In this document: piece by piece, positions 1-10,614 of the stretch
How the letters are laid out: each line of letters begins with the position of its first letter
How positions within the stretch are numbered: the stretch's first letter is position 1
Virus record (IMG/VR): IMGVR_UViG_3300042879_006196
Location: 283,393 to 347,392 of that record
Direction: 5' to 3' (one strand)
Length of the DNA: 64,000 bases
Translations under genes and position numbers: made by a program
The notes under the pieces: generated by a model
Told to the model about the DNA's origin: nothing
Database searches by the model: none
Seen by the model: only the letters and a program-made list of their open reading frames with translations

Positions 1-606
1 ATTTTGTATTTCACTTGAAACCCTTAATGGGTGTATGCCTTTGTAATAGTGAGTTAATTTATTTACTTGATCAAAAAAATCATATGGATTTTCTTTTGAG
101 TAATTTAGAGATTCAAAATTCGCACCCCACATGTTTTCAATTTTAATTTGTTCAAAAAGCATTCTAAAGTAACTTCTAGTGTCCACGTCACAGAAATAAT
201 CTAAAAACGTTTCTATGCTAGGAATTCCTGTGTTAATCAATGGCGCATAGCAAGCAGTTTTGTTCCAATCAATTTTATCTGCATCAGACAAAAAATTATT
301 CCAAGCTTCAGTGGTTAGAAAAATGTCTTCGTCATACTTGATTATATAATCAGTTTTAGATTCAGACATTATTCTACATTTATCAATGTAACAAGGTTGC
401 AACTGTATGTAGTTATTGAAAACTATTCCAGATTGTCGAAATTTATTTTCTAATTCGTCAATGACATTTTTTTTACAAAATATATCATTCAACACATTGA
501 TTTGTATTTGAGATTTCAAATCATCATCAATTTTATAAATTTCCTCACAAATTCTTGTTAAATTTTCTTGTCTTGTATGTGCAATAAAATTAATCTGAAA
601 TTTCAT
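1..606 (-). CDS. Glycosyltransferase-like protein, runs off the window start
   Basis: Read manually: MKFQINFIAHTRQENL...YIIKYDEDIFL (DxD-like). ATG overlaps the stop of the 606..1421 gene. Confidence 0.6.
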   Translation of the reverse strand, partial: MKFQINFIAHTRQENLTRICEEIYKIDDDLKSQIQINVLNDIFCKKNVIDELENKFRQSGIVFNNYIQLQPCYIDKCRIMSESKTDYIIKYDEDIFLTTEAWNNFLSDADKIDWNKTACYAPLINTGIPSIETFLDYFCDVDTRSYFRMLFEQIKIENMWGANFESLNYSKENPYDFFDQVNKLTHYYKGIHPLRVSSEIQN

Positions 607-1421
607 TAATAATTCTTATACGTTTTTTCTTTGATATATTGCTTTAAATGACAGTCTTTCTTATAACCAACTCGCTTCACTGAACAATAATTTTCAATTA
701 ACTTTTGATCAATTTGTGATTCTGTAATGACTGAATTGTGATTATTTATTCTATTTGAAGGATCAAATGTGCCGAAAAATGGCGGAAACATCCAAGGTTG
801 ACCTGTTTTTAATGCCATGTAGCCTGGAAACAATTGTATTAAGTCTCTATTAGGGTATATATCGAATGCATTATCTAAATACATCTGGCACAATCTTACA
901 GCTTCATCAGTGAGAAATGCATACTCCCAGTTACTCACCATTGCATTTTCAACCTCTAAAAATAAGTTCATTCCTTTTTCATCCCAATTATGTGTTTCAT
1001 ATTGTATTAAAGGATTACCAATTGTAATGTTTGTAAAATCTTTTCCTGTATATGTAAAGTCCCAATTTGGGCAATTATAAAATTGCAAATAATTGACATT
1101 TCTTTCAGGATTAAAAGAATTGATCAAATATTGATTGGCTGAAAATAAACAAAGATGATCAAAATCTATAGGATTAGATCGTAAAAAATAAAGTAAATCA
1201 ACAAAAACTCCAAAAATAAATCTTGATTGATTTACAGGTTGCACCACATGTTTTAATTTTACATTTGGATGATCAACATATGGATGATTGATTATAATTT
1301 CGCAATTCTTGTCAAAATAATTAATATTTTCACACATGTCTTGCAAATCATCATAATCTTGATTTCTTGCATCTCCAAAAATCAAATACAGTGTTTTTGT
1401 TTTTTTTACACAATCTGACAT
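606..1421 (-). CDS. Hypothetical protein in glycosylation island (possible glycosyltransferase-like)
   Basis: 271-aa ORF tightly packed in the sugar cluster. Confidence 0.5.
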   Translation of the reverse strand: MSDCVKKTKTLYLIFGDARNQDYDDLQDMCENINYFDKNCEIIINHPYVDHPNVKLKHVVQPVNQSRFIFGVFVDLLYFLRSNPIDFDHLCLFSANQYLINSFNPERNVNYLQFYNCPNWDFTYTGKDFTNITIGNPLIQYETHNWDEKGMNLFLEVENAMVSNWEYAFLTDEAVRLCQMYLDNAFDIYPNRDLIQLFPGYMALKTGQPWMFPPFFGTFDPSNRINNHNSVITESQIDQKLIENYCSVKRVGYKKDCHLKQYIKEKTYKNY

Positions 1422-2296
1422 ATTTGTTCTAATCTTTCTCCCACAAGTGAAATTATGTCTTGCTCATATTTTACTACATATTCTTTCATTTTGTCATCTG
1501 AATCTAAATAATGCAAACAGCTTTTGATTGTTTTTTCTTCATTTTCTAGATTGTGTAACCATCTTCGCCAAGGAGCATTTTTTTCAATTTGTTCTAAGAA
1601 ATATGTTTTATCTTCAAGCTTTAAATTGTCAAAAATCACACTATTACTTATGTAAGTAAATTCAGGGGCGTAATTGTAAGCTGATATACCTAGATCGCAC
1701 AAGATTTTCAATTCTTCATCAGAATGAAAATCACAATTGTGTCTTTTCACTTTCACTTTATACTTTTCAGCTTTAGCCACGTAACATTTTGTTTTTTCAA
1801 TATCAATTGGCGAAATATTTTTACAATCAAAAACCACTGATCCTCCTTGGCACACAATATATTCAACTTTATCCAAAAAAGGTGTAATGTCGTTCAAAGC
1901 AATGTCAAACAACAATGTTGAAAATTTAGCAATAAAATCTTCTGTTCCAAATTCAAATTTTATATTTTTGTTAGCTTCAGTGAATTCATGCATCCATTTT
2001 ATACATTCTGAACTATAACGTCCAGAAAAGTACCAGGGATCTATATGAATCATATCAAATTTTTCAGCATCGAAGGCAATAATTTTTTTATCAAATTTTT
2101 CCATACAAAAATGATCTCTTTCAACTATTAGCTCAGATTTTAAGACTTGATCAATAATTGTTTTGCTTACATAACCATTTTCATGATTGAATTGCCGTTG
2201 TGAAAGAATAAAACCAATTGGTAATCCACTTTTTAAAATAGATTTAAGAATTGGTTCATTTACTGGAGATATAAATAGTTTAGGAAGTTTTTTCAT
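1406..2296 (-). CDS. Tagatose-bisphosphate aldolase/GatZ-KbaZ-like TIM-barrel protein
   Basis: ERDH, HIDPW, FEFGTE, HNCDF, NYAPEF motifs. Confidence 0.55.
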   Translation of the reverse strand: MKKLPKLFISPVNEPILKSILKSGLPIGFILSQRQFNHENGYVSKTIIDQVLKSELIVERDHFCMEKFDKKIIAFDAEKFDMIHIDPWYFSGRYSSECIKWMHEFTEANKNIKFEFGTEDFIAKFSTLLFDIALNDITPFLDKVEYIVCQGGSVVFDCKNISPIDIEKTKCYVAKAEKYKVKVKRHNCDFHSDEELKILCDLGISAYNYAPEFTYISNSVIFDNLKLEDKTYFLEQIEKNAPWRRWLHNLENEEKTIKSCLHYLDSDDKMKEYVVKYEQDIISLVGERLEQICQIV

Positions 2297-2303
2297 TTGA
2301 TTT

Positions 2304-3842
2304 CTACTCGTTCATTGTCATAAGTTTATTTAAGTTGTACCAACCCATACAATAAAGCAATGTAGCTTCTTCACCTGTGTGTACTCCAGATGAAGATAAT
2401 TGTATTAGCGCCACTATAGTGTCAATAACATTCATGTTTATGTTTCTTTGTAAACAAAACGCCTCTAACGTTTTCATTAGTTCAAGATTTTTTTCTGGAG
2501 TTCCAGCATCAAAAAAACATTGATTGTTTTCAAGCTTCACATAAAATTTATTGTTTTTAATCGCTTCATGATCAAATATCAGATTGTGTTTCATTTTAGC
2601 AATATCATAATACCAATCACCTTTACTATTGCCAAAACCTTCTCTCCAATCAATTAAAATAAACCCTTCATTTGTTTTAATAACATTTTCAAAAACCAAA
2701 TCTCCATGAGCAATGCACTGTTGTGTTGGAAACTTTTCAAATAGTTCGCTTGCGATGTTTATAAGTTCCGATAAAGGTTTTACTTTTCTAAAGTTTATGT
2801 TTTGAATTTCAGAAAAATTGTTTTTTTTGTTTTTATGAAAGTTTTCTATTCTTTTGGAAGCTTTGTCAATGTAAAAATTTTTGAAAAAATTCAAACTAGT
2901 GTGTTTATATTTTTGCCATAAATTGTTTTCACACCAAATTAAAAAATTTTCAAGCAAATCTTGTGTTAATATTTTTGATAAAGTAATTCCCTTTACAAAA
3001 TTGTAGTAAATGAAATTATTTTTTGAATAACATTCAGGAGCACATGAAGATAACACCTTGCTTCTTTCATAAAGTTTTTTTACTTTTTCTTTATCACTGA
3101 AAAATTTAACAATTTTTTCATTAACATAATATGTTTCTTCATTCATTTTTGGCAACACGCAAATCTCTTGTTTGAATTGTTTTTGCGCACTTCTTAAAGC
3201 AATAAAATTACCAATATCTATCCAGTTTTTTGTTTCAACAAAGTCAATGTTCATTTGTTGAAGAATGTGTGCGTCAGATAAATTTTGTGTTTTATTTTTA
3301 TTCAATTCTTTTATTGTTAATTCTTTAAATAAATCTATATTTTCAATATAAGCCACACCTGTATAGCAAAATTCTCCCTCTTTGGCAGGCGTATCTTCGA
3401 TTTTTTTTGATTCATCATTCAATTCGCTTATTTTTCTATATTGGTTGCTTACAAATGTTTTTGAAAAAACGGCAAAATCATTACTTTTATGAGGCACATT
3501 TGAAATATAAGTATCACAAGCATTGTAATAAAAAGGTTTATCAATCACGTCGAATGTGCATGATAAAGAGTAAAGCAATGAAGATTGTGTGCTTTCATAG
3601 TCATCTACTTCAACAAATTCTATATTTAAATCAGAGTGGTTAATCTCAATATAATCTTTAACTTGCTCTTTTAAATACCCTAAAGTTATAATAAATTTTG
3701 AAGCTCCTGGATAACTATCAAATATGTGCGAAATTATAGCTTTATCGCCAAGTTTGATCAAAGCTTTGTTTAGGAAATCAGTAATTGGCTTCAATCTTGA
3801 ACCAGTTCCTGAGCAAGTAATTACCACGTCAAAATTTTTCAT
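2304..3842 (-). CDS. NTP-transferase fused to APH/choline-kinase-like phosphotransferase (LicC-LicA-like)
   Basis: N-terminal GTGSRLKPIT..NKAL; C-terminal HGDLVFEN and LIDW kinase motifs. Confidence 0.75.
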   Translation of the reverse strand: MKNFDVVITCSGTGSRLKPITDFLNKALIKLGDKAIISHIFDSYPGASKFIITLGYLKEQVKDYIEINHSDLNIEFVEVDDYESTQSSLLYSLSCTFDVIDKPFYYNACDTYISNVPHKSNDFAVFSKTFVSNQYRKISELNDESKKIEDTPAKEGEFCYTGVAYIENIDLFKELTIKELNKNKTQNLSDAHILQQMNIDFVETKNWIDIGNFIALRSAQKQFKQEICVLPKMNEETYYVNEKIVKFFSDKEKVKKLYERSKVLSSCAPECYSKNNFIYYNFVKGITLSKILTQDLLENFLIWCENNLWQKYKHTSLNFFKNFYIDKASKRIENFHKNKKNNFSEIQNINFRKVKPLSELINIASELFEKFPTQQCIAHGDLVFENVIKTNEGFILIDWREGFGNSKGDWYYDIAKMKHNLIFDHEAIKNNKFYVKLENNQCFFDAGTPEKNLELMKTLEAFCLQRNINMNVIDTIVALIQLSSSGVHTGEEATLLYCMGWYNLNKLMTMNE

Positions 3843-3882
3843 TCATGCATATTATACATAAACTTCGATGTACAATAAAATA

Positions 3883-4557
3883 ATGATTGTAATTTGCACT
3901 CATAAAAGTCCAGATATTTTAGAAAGATTTTTATCTTCAATCAAAAACCATCAAACTGAAAATCATAAAATTTTGATTGTAGAAACATCTGATAGCCAAG
4001 ATTCTAAAGTTTTATCTGAAAAGTATCAATGCTTATTTTCAAATACAAATTTGAAATATGAAATTGGCGCTTATGTGCATGCAATTAATTTATATCCTGA
4101 TGAAGATGAATATTTTTTATTTCAAGACTCATTAGAAATAGTCAATGATAATTGGGAAGATAATTTCAGGAAATTGTCTCAAGGAGAAAAGCTTGTCACA
4201 TTGTGTGGATATTTTTTAAAAGATGATCCATGCCCTGGGTGCGGAGTTGAAGAATTTGAGTCGTTATTTAATTGTAAGTTTCCAACCGAAGAAGGCTATG
4301 CAGTGATGACGAATAGCTTTTATATTACACAATCTGCAAAACAAAAACTTAAAAATTTTGGTATTGATAGGTTATTTGCTCATGAAAAAAACGACACTTA
4401 TAAAACAGAAAGAATTTTAGGAGCAATGGCACACTATACTTGTGGTATAGCAGATTTATCAGAACTTTTAGGAAATTATATTTGGCAAGTAGATCAGTTT
4501 TTGCCTGGTTTTGGTTTTACAAAATTTATTTTAAAACATATCAGAAAAAGACAATGA
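3883..4557 (+). CDS. Glycosyltransferase-like protein
   Basis: GT2-like N-terminus, YEIGA and FLFQDS motifs. Start moved to the ATG 11 nt after TGTACA. Confidence 0.55.
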   Translation: MIVICTHKSPDILERFLSSIKNHQTENHKILIVETSDSQDSKVLSEKYQCLFSNTNLKYEIGAYVHAINLYPDEDEYFLFQDSLEIVNDNWEDNFRKLSQGEKLVTLCGYFLKDDPCPGCGVEEFESLFNCKFPTEEGYAVMTNSFYITQSAKQKLKNFGIDRLFAHEKNDTYKTERILGAMAHYTCGIADLSELLGNYIWQVDQFLPGFGFTKFILKHIRKRQ

Positions 4558-5693
4558 AAAATATAATCACAAGAAAAAATTGTTTAATTGATCAAAATGA
4601 AAATTTAGAAAATCTTCATGTATTTAAGAATGTTCCTGTCTTCATGGGTTGCGTAGACACTTGTCCAGAAGATGACCTTAAACATGACATGATTTGGCAA
4701 ATTGACAAAACTACAGGCTTTATACAATTGAAAGAATTAATTCCACTTGACATTCTGTATCCAGAAGCTCACAATGCAGGAGCTATAGGCAAAATATGGT
4801 CTGAACATCATCGCGCTTTTGCTAATTTTATCAGAAAAACAAATCCAAACCAAGTTTTGGAAATTGGTGGATCTCATGGAATTTTATATGAGAAATATTG
4901 TTCTGAAAAAACAATACCTTGGACAATTATAGATTTGAACCCTATTCCGATAGATAATTGTAAAGCTGTTTTCAAAAAAGATATTTTTGATGAAAATTTC
5001 GAATATGATGAAGATTTTGATTGTTTAATTCATAGTCATTTTTATGAACACATTTATGAACCAATGGCAATCATGAAAAAAATGGCATCTTTGATTAAAA
5101 AAGATAAAAAAATGATTTTTTCAGTACCAAACATGCAAAAAATGCTAGAAAAAAAATATAGTAATTGTTTAAATTTTGAACACACTTTCTTTTTGTCAGA
5201 ACCTTACACCGAATATTTATTATCATTATTTAATTTGAAAATATTAGAAAAAGAATATTTTTTAGAAGATCATAGCATTTTTTATTGCGTACAGCATGAT
5301 GAAAACTATGATATAATAGAATTGCCTAATGATTTGTATACTCACAATAAGAATGTTTTTGAAAGTTATGTTAACTATTACCAATCACTCATAATTGATA
5401 TAAATGAAAAAATTAAAAATTGTGGTCCAGAAAGCATATTTTTATTCGGTGCACATATTTTTTCACAAAACTTAATAATGTTTGGTCTCGATGTTTCAAA
5501 GATTCGCTGTATTATAGATAACGATGTAGCAAAGCAAGGCAAGAGGTTATATGGCACTCCTTTTGAAGTTTGCTCTCCAAATATTTTAAAAGATATTGAG
5601 AAACCTATAATAGTTTTGAAGGCTGGAGTATATAACGAAGAAATTAAAAACCAAATAAATGATCTTAACTCTGAAACACTTTTTTATGAATGA
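4554..5693 (+). CDS. Class I SAM-dependent (sugar C-) methyltransferase
   Basis: VLEIGGSHG motif I, HFYEHI, FEHTFF, C-terminal FGAH...KQGKRLYGT domain; ATGA overlap with upstream gene. Confidence 0.8.
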   Translation: MKNIITRKNCLIDQNENLENLHVFKNVPVFMGCVDTCPEDDLKHDMIWQIDKTTGFIQLKELIPLDILYPEAHNAGAIGKIWSEHHRAFANFIRKTNPNQVLEIGGSHGILYEKYCSEKTIPWTIIDLNPIPIDNCKAVFKKDIFDENFEYDEDFDCLIHSHFYEHIYEPMAIMKKMASLIKKDKKMIFSVPNMQKMLEKKYSNCLNFEHTFFLSEPYTEYLLSLFNLKILEKEYFLEDHSIFYCVQHDENYDIIELPNDLYTHNKNVFESYVNYYQSLIIDINEKIKNCGPESIFLFGAHIFSQNLIMFGLDVSKIRCIIDNDVAKQGKRLYGTPFEVCSPNILKDIEKPIIVLKAGVYNEEIKNQINDLNSETLFYE

Positions 5694-6395
5694 TTAGACT
5701 CTACCAAATTGATCTTCATATCTTGTTATGTCATCTTCAGAGAATTTCTCTCCAGTTTGAATTTCAATAAAAATCAAATCTGTGTCTCCAGTGTTAACTA
5801 CTCTATGTTTTTCATTTTTTTTGACCTGACACACAGATCCTTTTTCAATTGGATGTTGATTATCTTCAAGAACAAAGATGCCATTCCCCTCAATAATTAA
5901 CCATAACTCATCACGATGCTGATGAGATTGTAAACTTGATGCTTTTCCTGGCAACACTTTTATTTCTTTCACGTGATATTTTTTATTATAAGCTAGAGTG
6001 GAAAAATTACCCCAAGGTCTTTCTTCACAAGGCTTGATTATTTTTTCAATTTCATCTTCAGTGATTCCATTTCTATTGGGAGTAAAACTGAAGGCTGTTT
6101 TCATGTTTGAGTTGGGCTTAAGATCATTAACAACAATTCTTTCACCTCTTCCGCAACCCATTACTAATTCATCATAAAATATATTTAACTTTCTTAATTG
6201 ATCTTCGGTTTGTTTTCTTGTTGAATTTCTTCTACCTGTCGTTAATACAATTTTAGCCCCGTTTTTTTCAATAGTATCTAAAAACTGCCTTGTCATCGTA
6301 ATCATTGATAAATTCTGGTCTGAAAGCTGTGCTCTAAGAGAACCATAATGCACCAATAGCACCCCATCTATGTCAAGAAAGTAAGTTTGTGTCAT
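5694..6395 (-). CDS. HAD-like domain fused to mannose-6-phosphate isomerase type II cupin
   Basis: FLDIDGVL, TTGR; ERPWG, SLQSHQHRDELW, EDDITRYEDQFGR. Confidence 0.8.
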   Translation of the reverse strand: MTQTYFLDIDGVLLVHYGSLRAQLSDQNLSMITMTRQFLDTIEKNGAKIVLTTGRRNSTRKQTEDQLRKLNIFYDELVMGCGRGERIVVNDLKPNSNMKTAFSFTPNRNGITEDEIEKIIKPCEERPWGNFSTLAYNKKYHVKEIKVLPGKASSLQSHQHRDELWLIIEGNGIFVLEDNQHPIEKGSVCQVKKNEKHRVVNTGDTDLIFIEIQTGEKFSEDDITRYEDQFGRV

Positions 6396-6417
6396 ATAAT
6401 TGTTGTACAACTAATAG

Positions 6418-6960
6418 ATGCTTTGGGATTTAGCAATTAAAAACATTTGTAAAGAATCAAATTTAGTTTTAGAATTTGGCGTACACACAGGGAGCACAAT
6501 CACGTATTTTAGAAATAGACTACCTGCTTTTTATAATTTTTATGGATTTGATAGTTTTGAGGGTTTACCAGAAGATTGGACTGGAACAGATTTAGAAAAG
6601 GGATTTTTCAGTTTGAACGGAGAAGTGCCTGATATTGAAGGAGTTAATTTAGTAAAAGGTTGGTTCTCTGAAAGTTTACCTAAATGGCTTGAAGGACGTG
6701 AGCCTGAAAAAATTGCATTGCTACATATTGATTGTGATTTATATTCTAGCACAAAAACAGTTTTAGATAACCTCACTCATATGATTCAACCTGGCACTCT
6801 TATTTTATTTGACGAGTGGTTTTACCCAGCACCAGAAAAGTTGAATCAACATGAGCAAAAAGCATTTTTTGAATGGGTTTTAGCCAATCAAATCGATTTT
6901 ACTTTTATTGAAAGTAATTATCATGGCGATCAACCCAGAAAGCTAGTGAAGATTAAATAA
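6418..6960 (+). CDS. TylF/MycF-like O-methyltransferase
   Basis: LEFGVHTG, GFDSFEGLPE, KGWF, LHIDCDLYSS, FDE. Confidence 0.85.
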   Translation: MLWDLAIKNICKESNLVLEFGVHTGSTITYFRNRLPAFYNFYGFDSFEGLPEDWTGTDLEKGFFSLNGEVPDIEGVNLVKGWFSESLPKWLEGREPEKIALLHIDCDLYSSTKTVLDNLTHMIQPGTLILFDEWFYPAPEKLNQHEQKAFFEWVLANQIDFTFIESNYHGDQPRKLVKIK

Positions 6961-7825
6961 TCTTGCCGAATAATTCAACAAGATAATCTATATCAAAATA
7001 TTTATTATATGTGACATAAGGTTGCATCAAATAATAAATATATAGGTCTTTGTCGTTGTTAATTTCAATTACTTTATCTGCAAGTTCATCAAAATCTTTG
7101 AATGCTTTAACGTTAAGAAAACTTTCGCTATTAAAGTCATCATTAATCAAATCACTGCCCCAATAAATAGGAATACAATTTGCTATCATTGGTTCAAAAA
7201 TCTTTTCTGTAGTGTACCCTTTGTAGCCATTGAATTCATCATTGTTTTCAATAGCAAAGCAAAACTTGTATTGTCTAAGAAAATCAATTTTAGCTTGTGA
7301 TCCTGTAATGGCACCAGGCTCTCCTGGTATGACTGGGTGGTTGTTCATGTGTCTACCTGCACAGTCAACATGCATCCTGGTCAAAAAATGATTAACAATT
7401 GCTTCTCTGGGACATTTGCCACCCGCACCTTGTGAAATGTATGTAATCAGTTTAGATTTTTCATTTAAAATTTCTTTTGTGTAATCTCTTGTTAAAATTG
7501 ATTTATAAGATTTTGTTATTCCGAATTTCCATAAATCATAGGCATATAGCGGATACAAAGGTAGCCTTAAATGTGTCTCACTGTCCACATAAAATGAAGT
7601 AAGTGCATAATCACATGCGCCTGAGTTGAAAAAAGGCTCTCCGCTAAAATAGACAGCCTTAGCATTGCCATTTTTTTGGAAATTAGGTGAATCAGTGAAA
7701 ATAATATCAGGATTTTCACTTGTCACTTCTACGTCATGTGTTTGGCTTAAAACCCAAACAAAAAAGTTATCCTTCTTATCGAAGGTGCCCCAGAAACTAT
7801 CGAACCATACTTTTAATTTTTTCAT
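6953..7825 (-). CDS. Alpha-1,3-fucosyltransferase-like (GT10)
   Basis: KIDFLRQYKFCFAIEN...YTTEKIFEPMIANCIPIYWG. Confidence 0.85.
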   Translation of the reverse strand: MKKLKVWFDSFWGTFDKKDNFFVWVLSQTHDVEVTSENPDIIFTDSPNFQKNGNAKAVYFSGEPFFNSGACDYALTSFYVDSETHLRLPLYPLYAYDLWKFGITKSYKSILTRDYTKEILNEKSKLITYISQGAGGKCPREAIVNHFLTRMHVDCAGRHMNNHPVIPGEPGAITGSQAKIDFLRQYKFCFAIENNDEFNGYKGYTTEKIFEPMIANCIPIYWGSDLINDDFNSESFLNVKAFKDFDELADKVIEINNDKDLYIYYLMQPYVTYNKYFDIDYLVELFGKII

Positions 7826-7827
7826 AT

Positions 7828-8457
7828 TTAATAAAACCCATTAACTATAATTGAAGGTGAGTCATCACAAGAACACACTGGAGGATAAACAGCATAAATC
7901 TTTTTATCACTCCTCATGATTACACCATCCGCTGTATTCATTTTTTTAACTTGCGATTCATAAAGATCACAAGCTATATTAGACGTTCTGATAACATAAG
8001 CTGAAGTTCCAGCTCTTGTATATTTATCAGTGTACGGACTTGCTAAATGCGGAGTAGTGTACAAATCACAATCAGCTGTGAACAATGCCAAAATATCATA
8101 ATCAGAATTTAAAGCAATTTCTAAATTTGATAATGTATTAAAAACAGAGTCGTCCTCTAAAATCAAACAATTACTTAAATTTTCATTAGCAATTATTTGA
8201 TAAATCAACATGTGTGCCAAAGCACAAGCAACTTGACCATCACTTAATGGATCAAGCAAAGGAATATCATTAGGTATACTTGGTAGATTATGTACGGCTA
8301 AGCCATCTTTAGAAACACAATTCAAACCTTGCATTACAAATTGACACAATCTATAATTTAAACCTTCCCATCTTTCATTAAATGCTTGAAATCTTTGAGA
8401 CTCAGGGTGAGCAATTACAAATACGTTTTCAAAATAATTATTGATTATATGATTCAT
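7828..8457 (-). CDS. Glycosyltransferase family 25-like
   Basis: GQVACALAH, LILEDD, TSAY. Confidence 0.75.
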   Translation of the reverse strand: MNHIINNYFENVFVIAHPESQRFQAFNERWEGLNYRLCQFVMQGLNCVSKDGLAVHNLPSIPNDIPLLDPLSDGQVACALAHMLIYQIIANENLSNCLILEDDSVFNTLSNLEIALNSDYDILALFTADCDLYTTPHLASPYTDKYTRAGTSAYVIRTSNIACDLYESQVKKMNTADGVIMRSDKKIYAVYPPVCSCDDSPSIIVNGFY

Positions 8458-9164
8458 TGTTCACCGAAGTAATTATTATAAAAGTTTTTTACCAAATTTA
8501 ACGATTCTTTGCTCATTTCATTTAAAACATATTCTTTTTGTTTAAGAAATTTAACAGCAGAATGGGAATTCATAGTAAATTTATATTTACTCCTCACTCT
8601 TTTTGACCATTCAACATCTTCTGCCTCACCCCATATCAAATTTTCATTAAGCGGAAATTCTTGCATTACATTTTTTTTTGCCACCCAATAAAACCCAGGA
8701 ATGTACATAATTTTTGAAAACTCTTGATCATAAGGTAAGAGTTGTTCGGCATTTGGCAACTGATAATCTTGATAATAAACCAACCAATCTATATTTCTTT
8801 TTCCATCGAGATTGTGTACACGGTTCATGCACACTTGAAAGTCATTACCAAACTTTAAAAATCCTTCATACCAGCCATTTTCTAAAACAATATAATCATG
8901 CATTAAAACTATATTTTCATATTTTGCGTTTTCTACAATCAAATTTTTTTTCTTTGTGATCCATCCAGTTTTTTGTGTTTCGTCAAAATGAATATAATCA
9001 TCATAGAGGTTTTCACATAACCAATCTTTGTTCAAATTATCATAGATATCTCCAATGAATATTATTTGTTTATTTGGTATTTTCTGATTTTTAATTTGAT
9101 TATAAATAATTGGATGTAAGTGTTTATTTTCTTTAGTCACACAAATTCCAAAAGTAAAATCCAT
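8454..9164 (-). CDS. Glycosyltransferase (GT2-like)
   Basis: WITKKKN, VLMHDY, GEAEDVEWS. Confidence 0.7.
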   Translation of the reverse strand: MDFTFGICVTKENKHLHPIIYNQIKNQKIPNKQIIFIGDIYDNLNKDWLCENLYDDYIHFDETQKTGWITKKKNLIVENAKYENIVLMHDYIVLENGWYEGFLKFGNDFQVCMNRVHNLDGKRNIDWLVYYQDYQLPNAEQLLPYDQEFSKIMYIPGFYWVAKKNVMQEFPLNENLIWGEAEDVEWSKRVRSKYKFTMNSHSAVKFLKQKEYVLNEMSKESLNLVKNFYNNYFGEQ

Positions 9165-9184
9165 TTACATATTGTACAATTTAC

Positions 9185-9814
9185 ATGATGAGCGAATTCT
9201 ACAGTCAATACGGTCAAGACCAATATATTTACGAAACTTTCTTCAAAAACAAAACGGACGGAGTATTTGTAGATATAGGAGCTTATGATGGAATAAAACT
9301 TTCTAATAGTTACTTTTTTGAAAAACTAGGTTGGACAGGTTTTTGTTTTGAGCCAGTAGATGACGCTTTTCAAAAATTAATATCGAATAGATCTCACTCT
9401 AAATGCTTTAACTGTGCAATTGGACATGAAAATAAAAAAGTACAATTCTTGAAAGTAGTTGGAAACGCAGATATGCTCAGTGGCGTATTAGATTATTATG
9501 ATGCAAATCATATGTTTAGAATAAACAAAGAAACTTATGAATCAAATGGAGAACAAATTGGAATTGAAGTTGAAATGTTCACGCTTGATCATTTCCTTCC
9601 TATAAATTCTCCAATTGATTATTTGTCAATTGATACTGAAGGTGGTGAATCTAAAATATTAAAAAATATTTTAGAAAATTTCAATCCAAAAATCATTTCT
9701 GTAGAAGTGAATTATGAAGCAGATTCAAAGAAACTTTTTGAAGTTCTTGACAAACAATATGAGGTAGTTAAAAATTTAGGATGCGATCTTATTTTAAAGG
9801 ATAAAAAATGGTAG
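9185..9814 (+). CDS. FkbM family methyltransferase
   Basis: SQYGQD, FVDIGAYDG..SNS, IDYLSIDTEGGE. Confidence 0.9.
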   Translation: MMSEFYSQYGQDQYIYETFFKNKTDGVFVDIGAYDGIKLSNSYFFEKLGWTGFCFEPVDDAFQKLISNRSHSKCFNCAIGHENKKVQFLKVVGNADMLSGVLDYYDANHMFRINKETYESNGEQIGIEVEMFTLDHFLPINSPIDYLSIDTEGGESKILKNILENFNPKIISVEVNYEADSKKLFEVLDKQYEVVKNLGCDLILKDKKW

Positions 9815-10614
9815 TTACATATATAGAAGGCGGATTAGGCAACATGTTATTTCAACTTTGCTTCAGCTATGCTAAGGCAAAAGAAAATAACACGACATTT
9901 CATACATTGAATTATAGAGAAAATCTTGATATTATCAAGGATAAACATAAAGCTGATATTGAATCTTATGAAAAAACGATTCTCAGAAATTTCAGTATTT
10001 CTCCTCCTCCACTGCTGTATCAAGCACAAATTCAACATTTTTGCCCTTTTAATTTTGAAGAAATTCCTTATGAGCCAGATTGTTACAATTTGTATAAAGG
10101 GTATTTTCAATCAGAAAAGTATTTTGAAAAAAGCCAAGAAGATTTAGCACAAATTTTTCAACCAACCGAAGAAATCATTGACCACATGAAAGAAAAATAC
10201 CCTTTTCTTTTTACTTTAGATTGTGTGGCTTTGCACATTAGACGAGGAGATTATTTGCAATTACCAAATCATCATCCAATTGTTCCCACCGATCATTATC
10301 ATAAAGCATTAAAGAAACTTGGTGATTTTGAAAAAATCTTAGTGTTTACAAATGATATGGATTGGTGCTACAAGAATTTTGTAGAATCGCGAGCTATTTT
10401 CATTGAAGAGTCAGATTGGATGAGTTTATATCTTATGAGCTTTTGCACTAAGCATGTTATTGCTAATTCATCTTTTTCTTGGTGGGGTGCAAAATTAGCT
10501 GAGATGTTTTTCCCAGAAAAAAACATCGAAGTAGTTGCTCCTCCAGTGTGGTTTGGACCTGCTGTTGATGGCGATGAAAAAGATTTAGTTCCATCAAGAT
10601 GGATGAAAGTGTAA
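9808..10614 (+). CDS. Alpha-1,2-fucosyltransferase (GT11)
   Basis: GGLGNMLFQ, GYFQSEKYF, HIRRGDY, IANSSFSWWGA. Confidence 0.9.
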   Translation: MVVTYIEGGLGNMLFQLCFSYAKAKENNTTFHTLNYRENLDIIKDKHKADIESYEKTILRNFSISPPPLLYQAQIQHFCPFNFEEIPYEPDCYNLYKGYFQSEKYFEKSQEDLAQIFQPTEEIIDHMKEKYPFLFTLDCVALHIRRGDYLQLPNHHPIVPTDHYHKALKKLGDFEKILVFTNDMDWCYKNFVESRAIFIEESDWMSLYLMSFCTKHVIANSSFSWWGAKLAEMFFPEKNIEVVAPPVWFGPAVDGDEKDLVPSRWMKV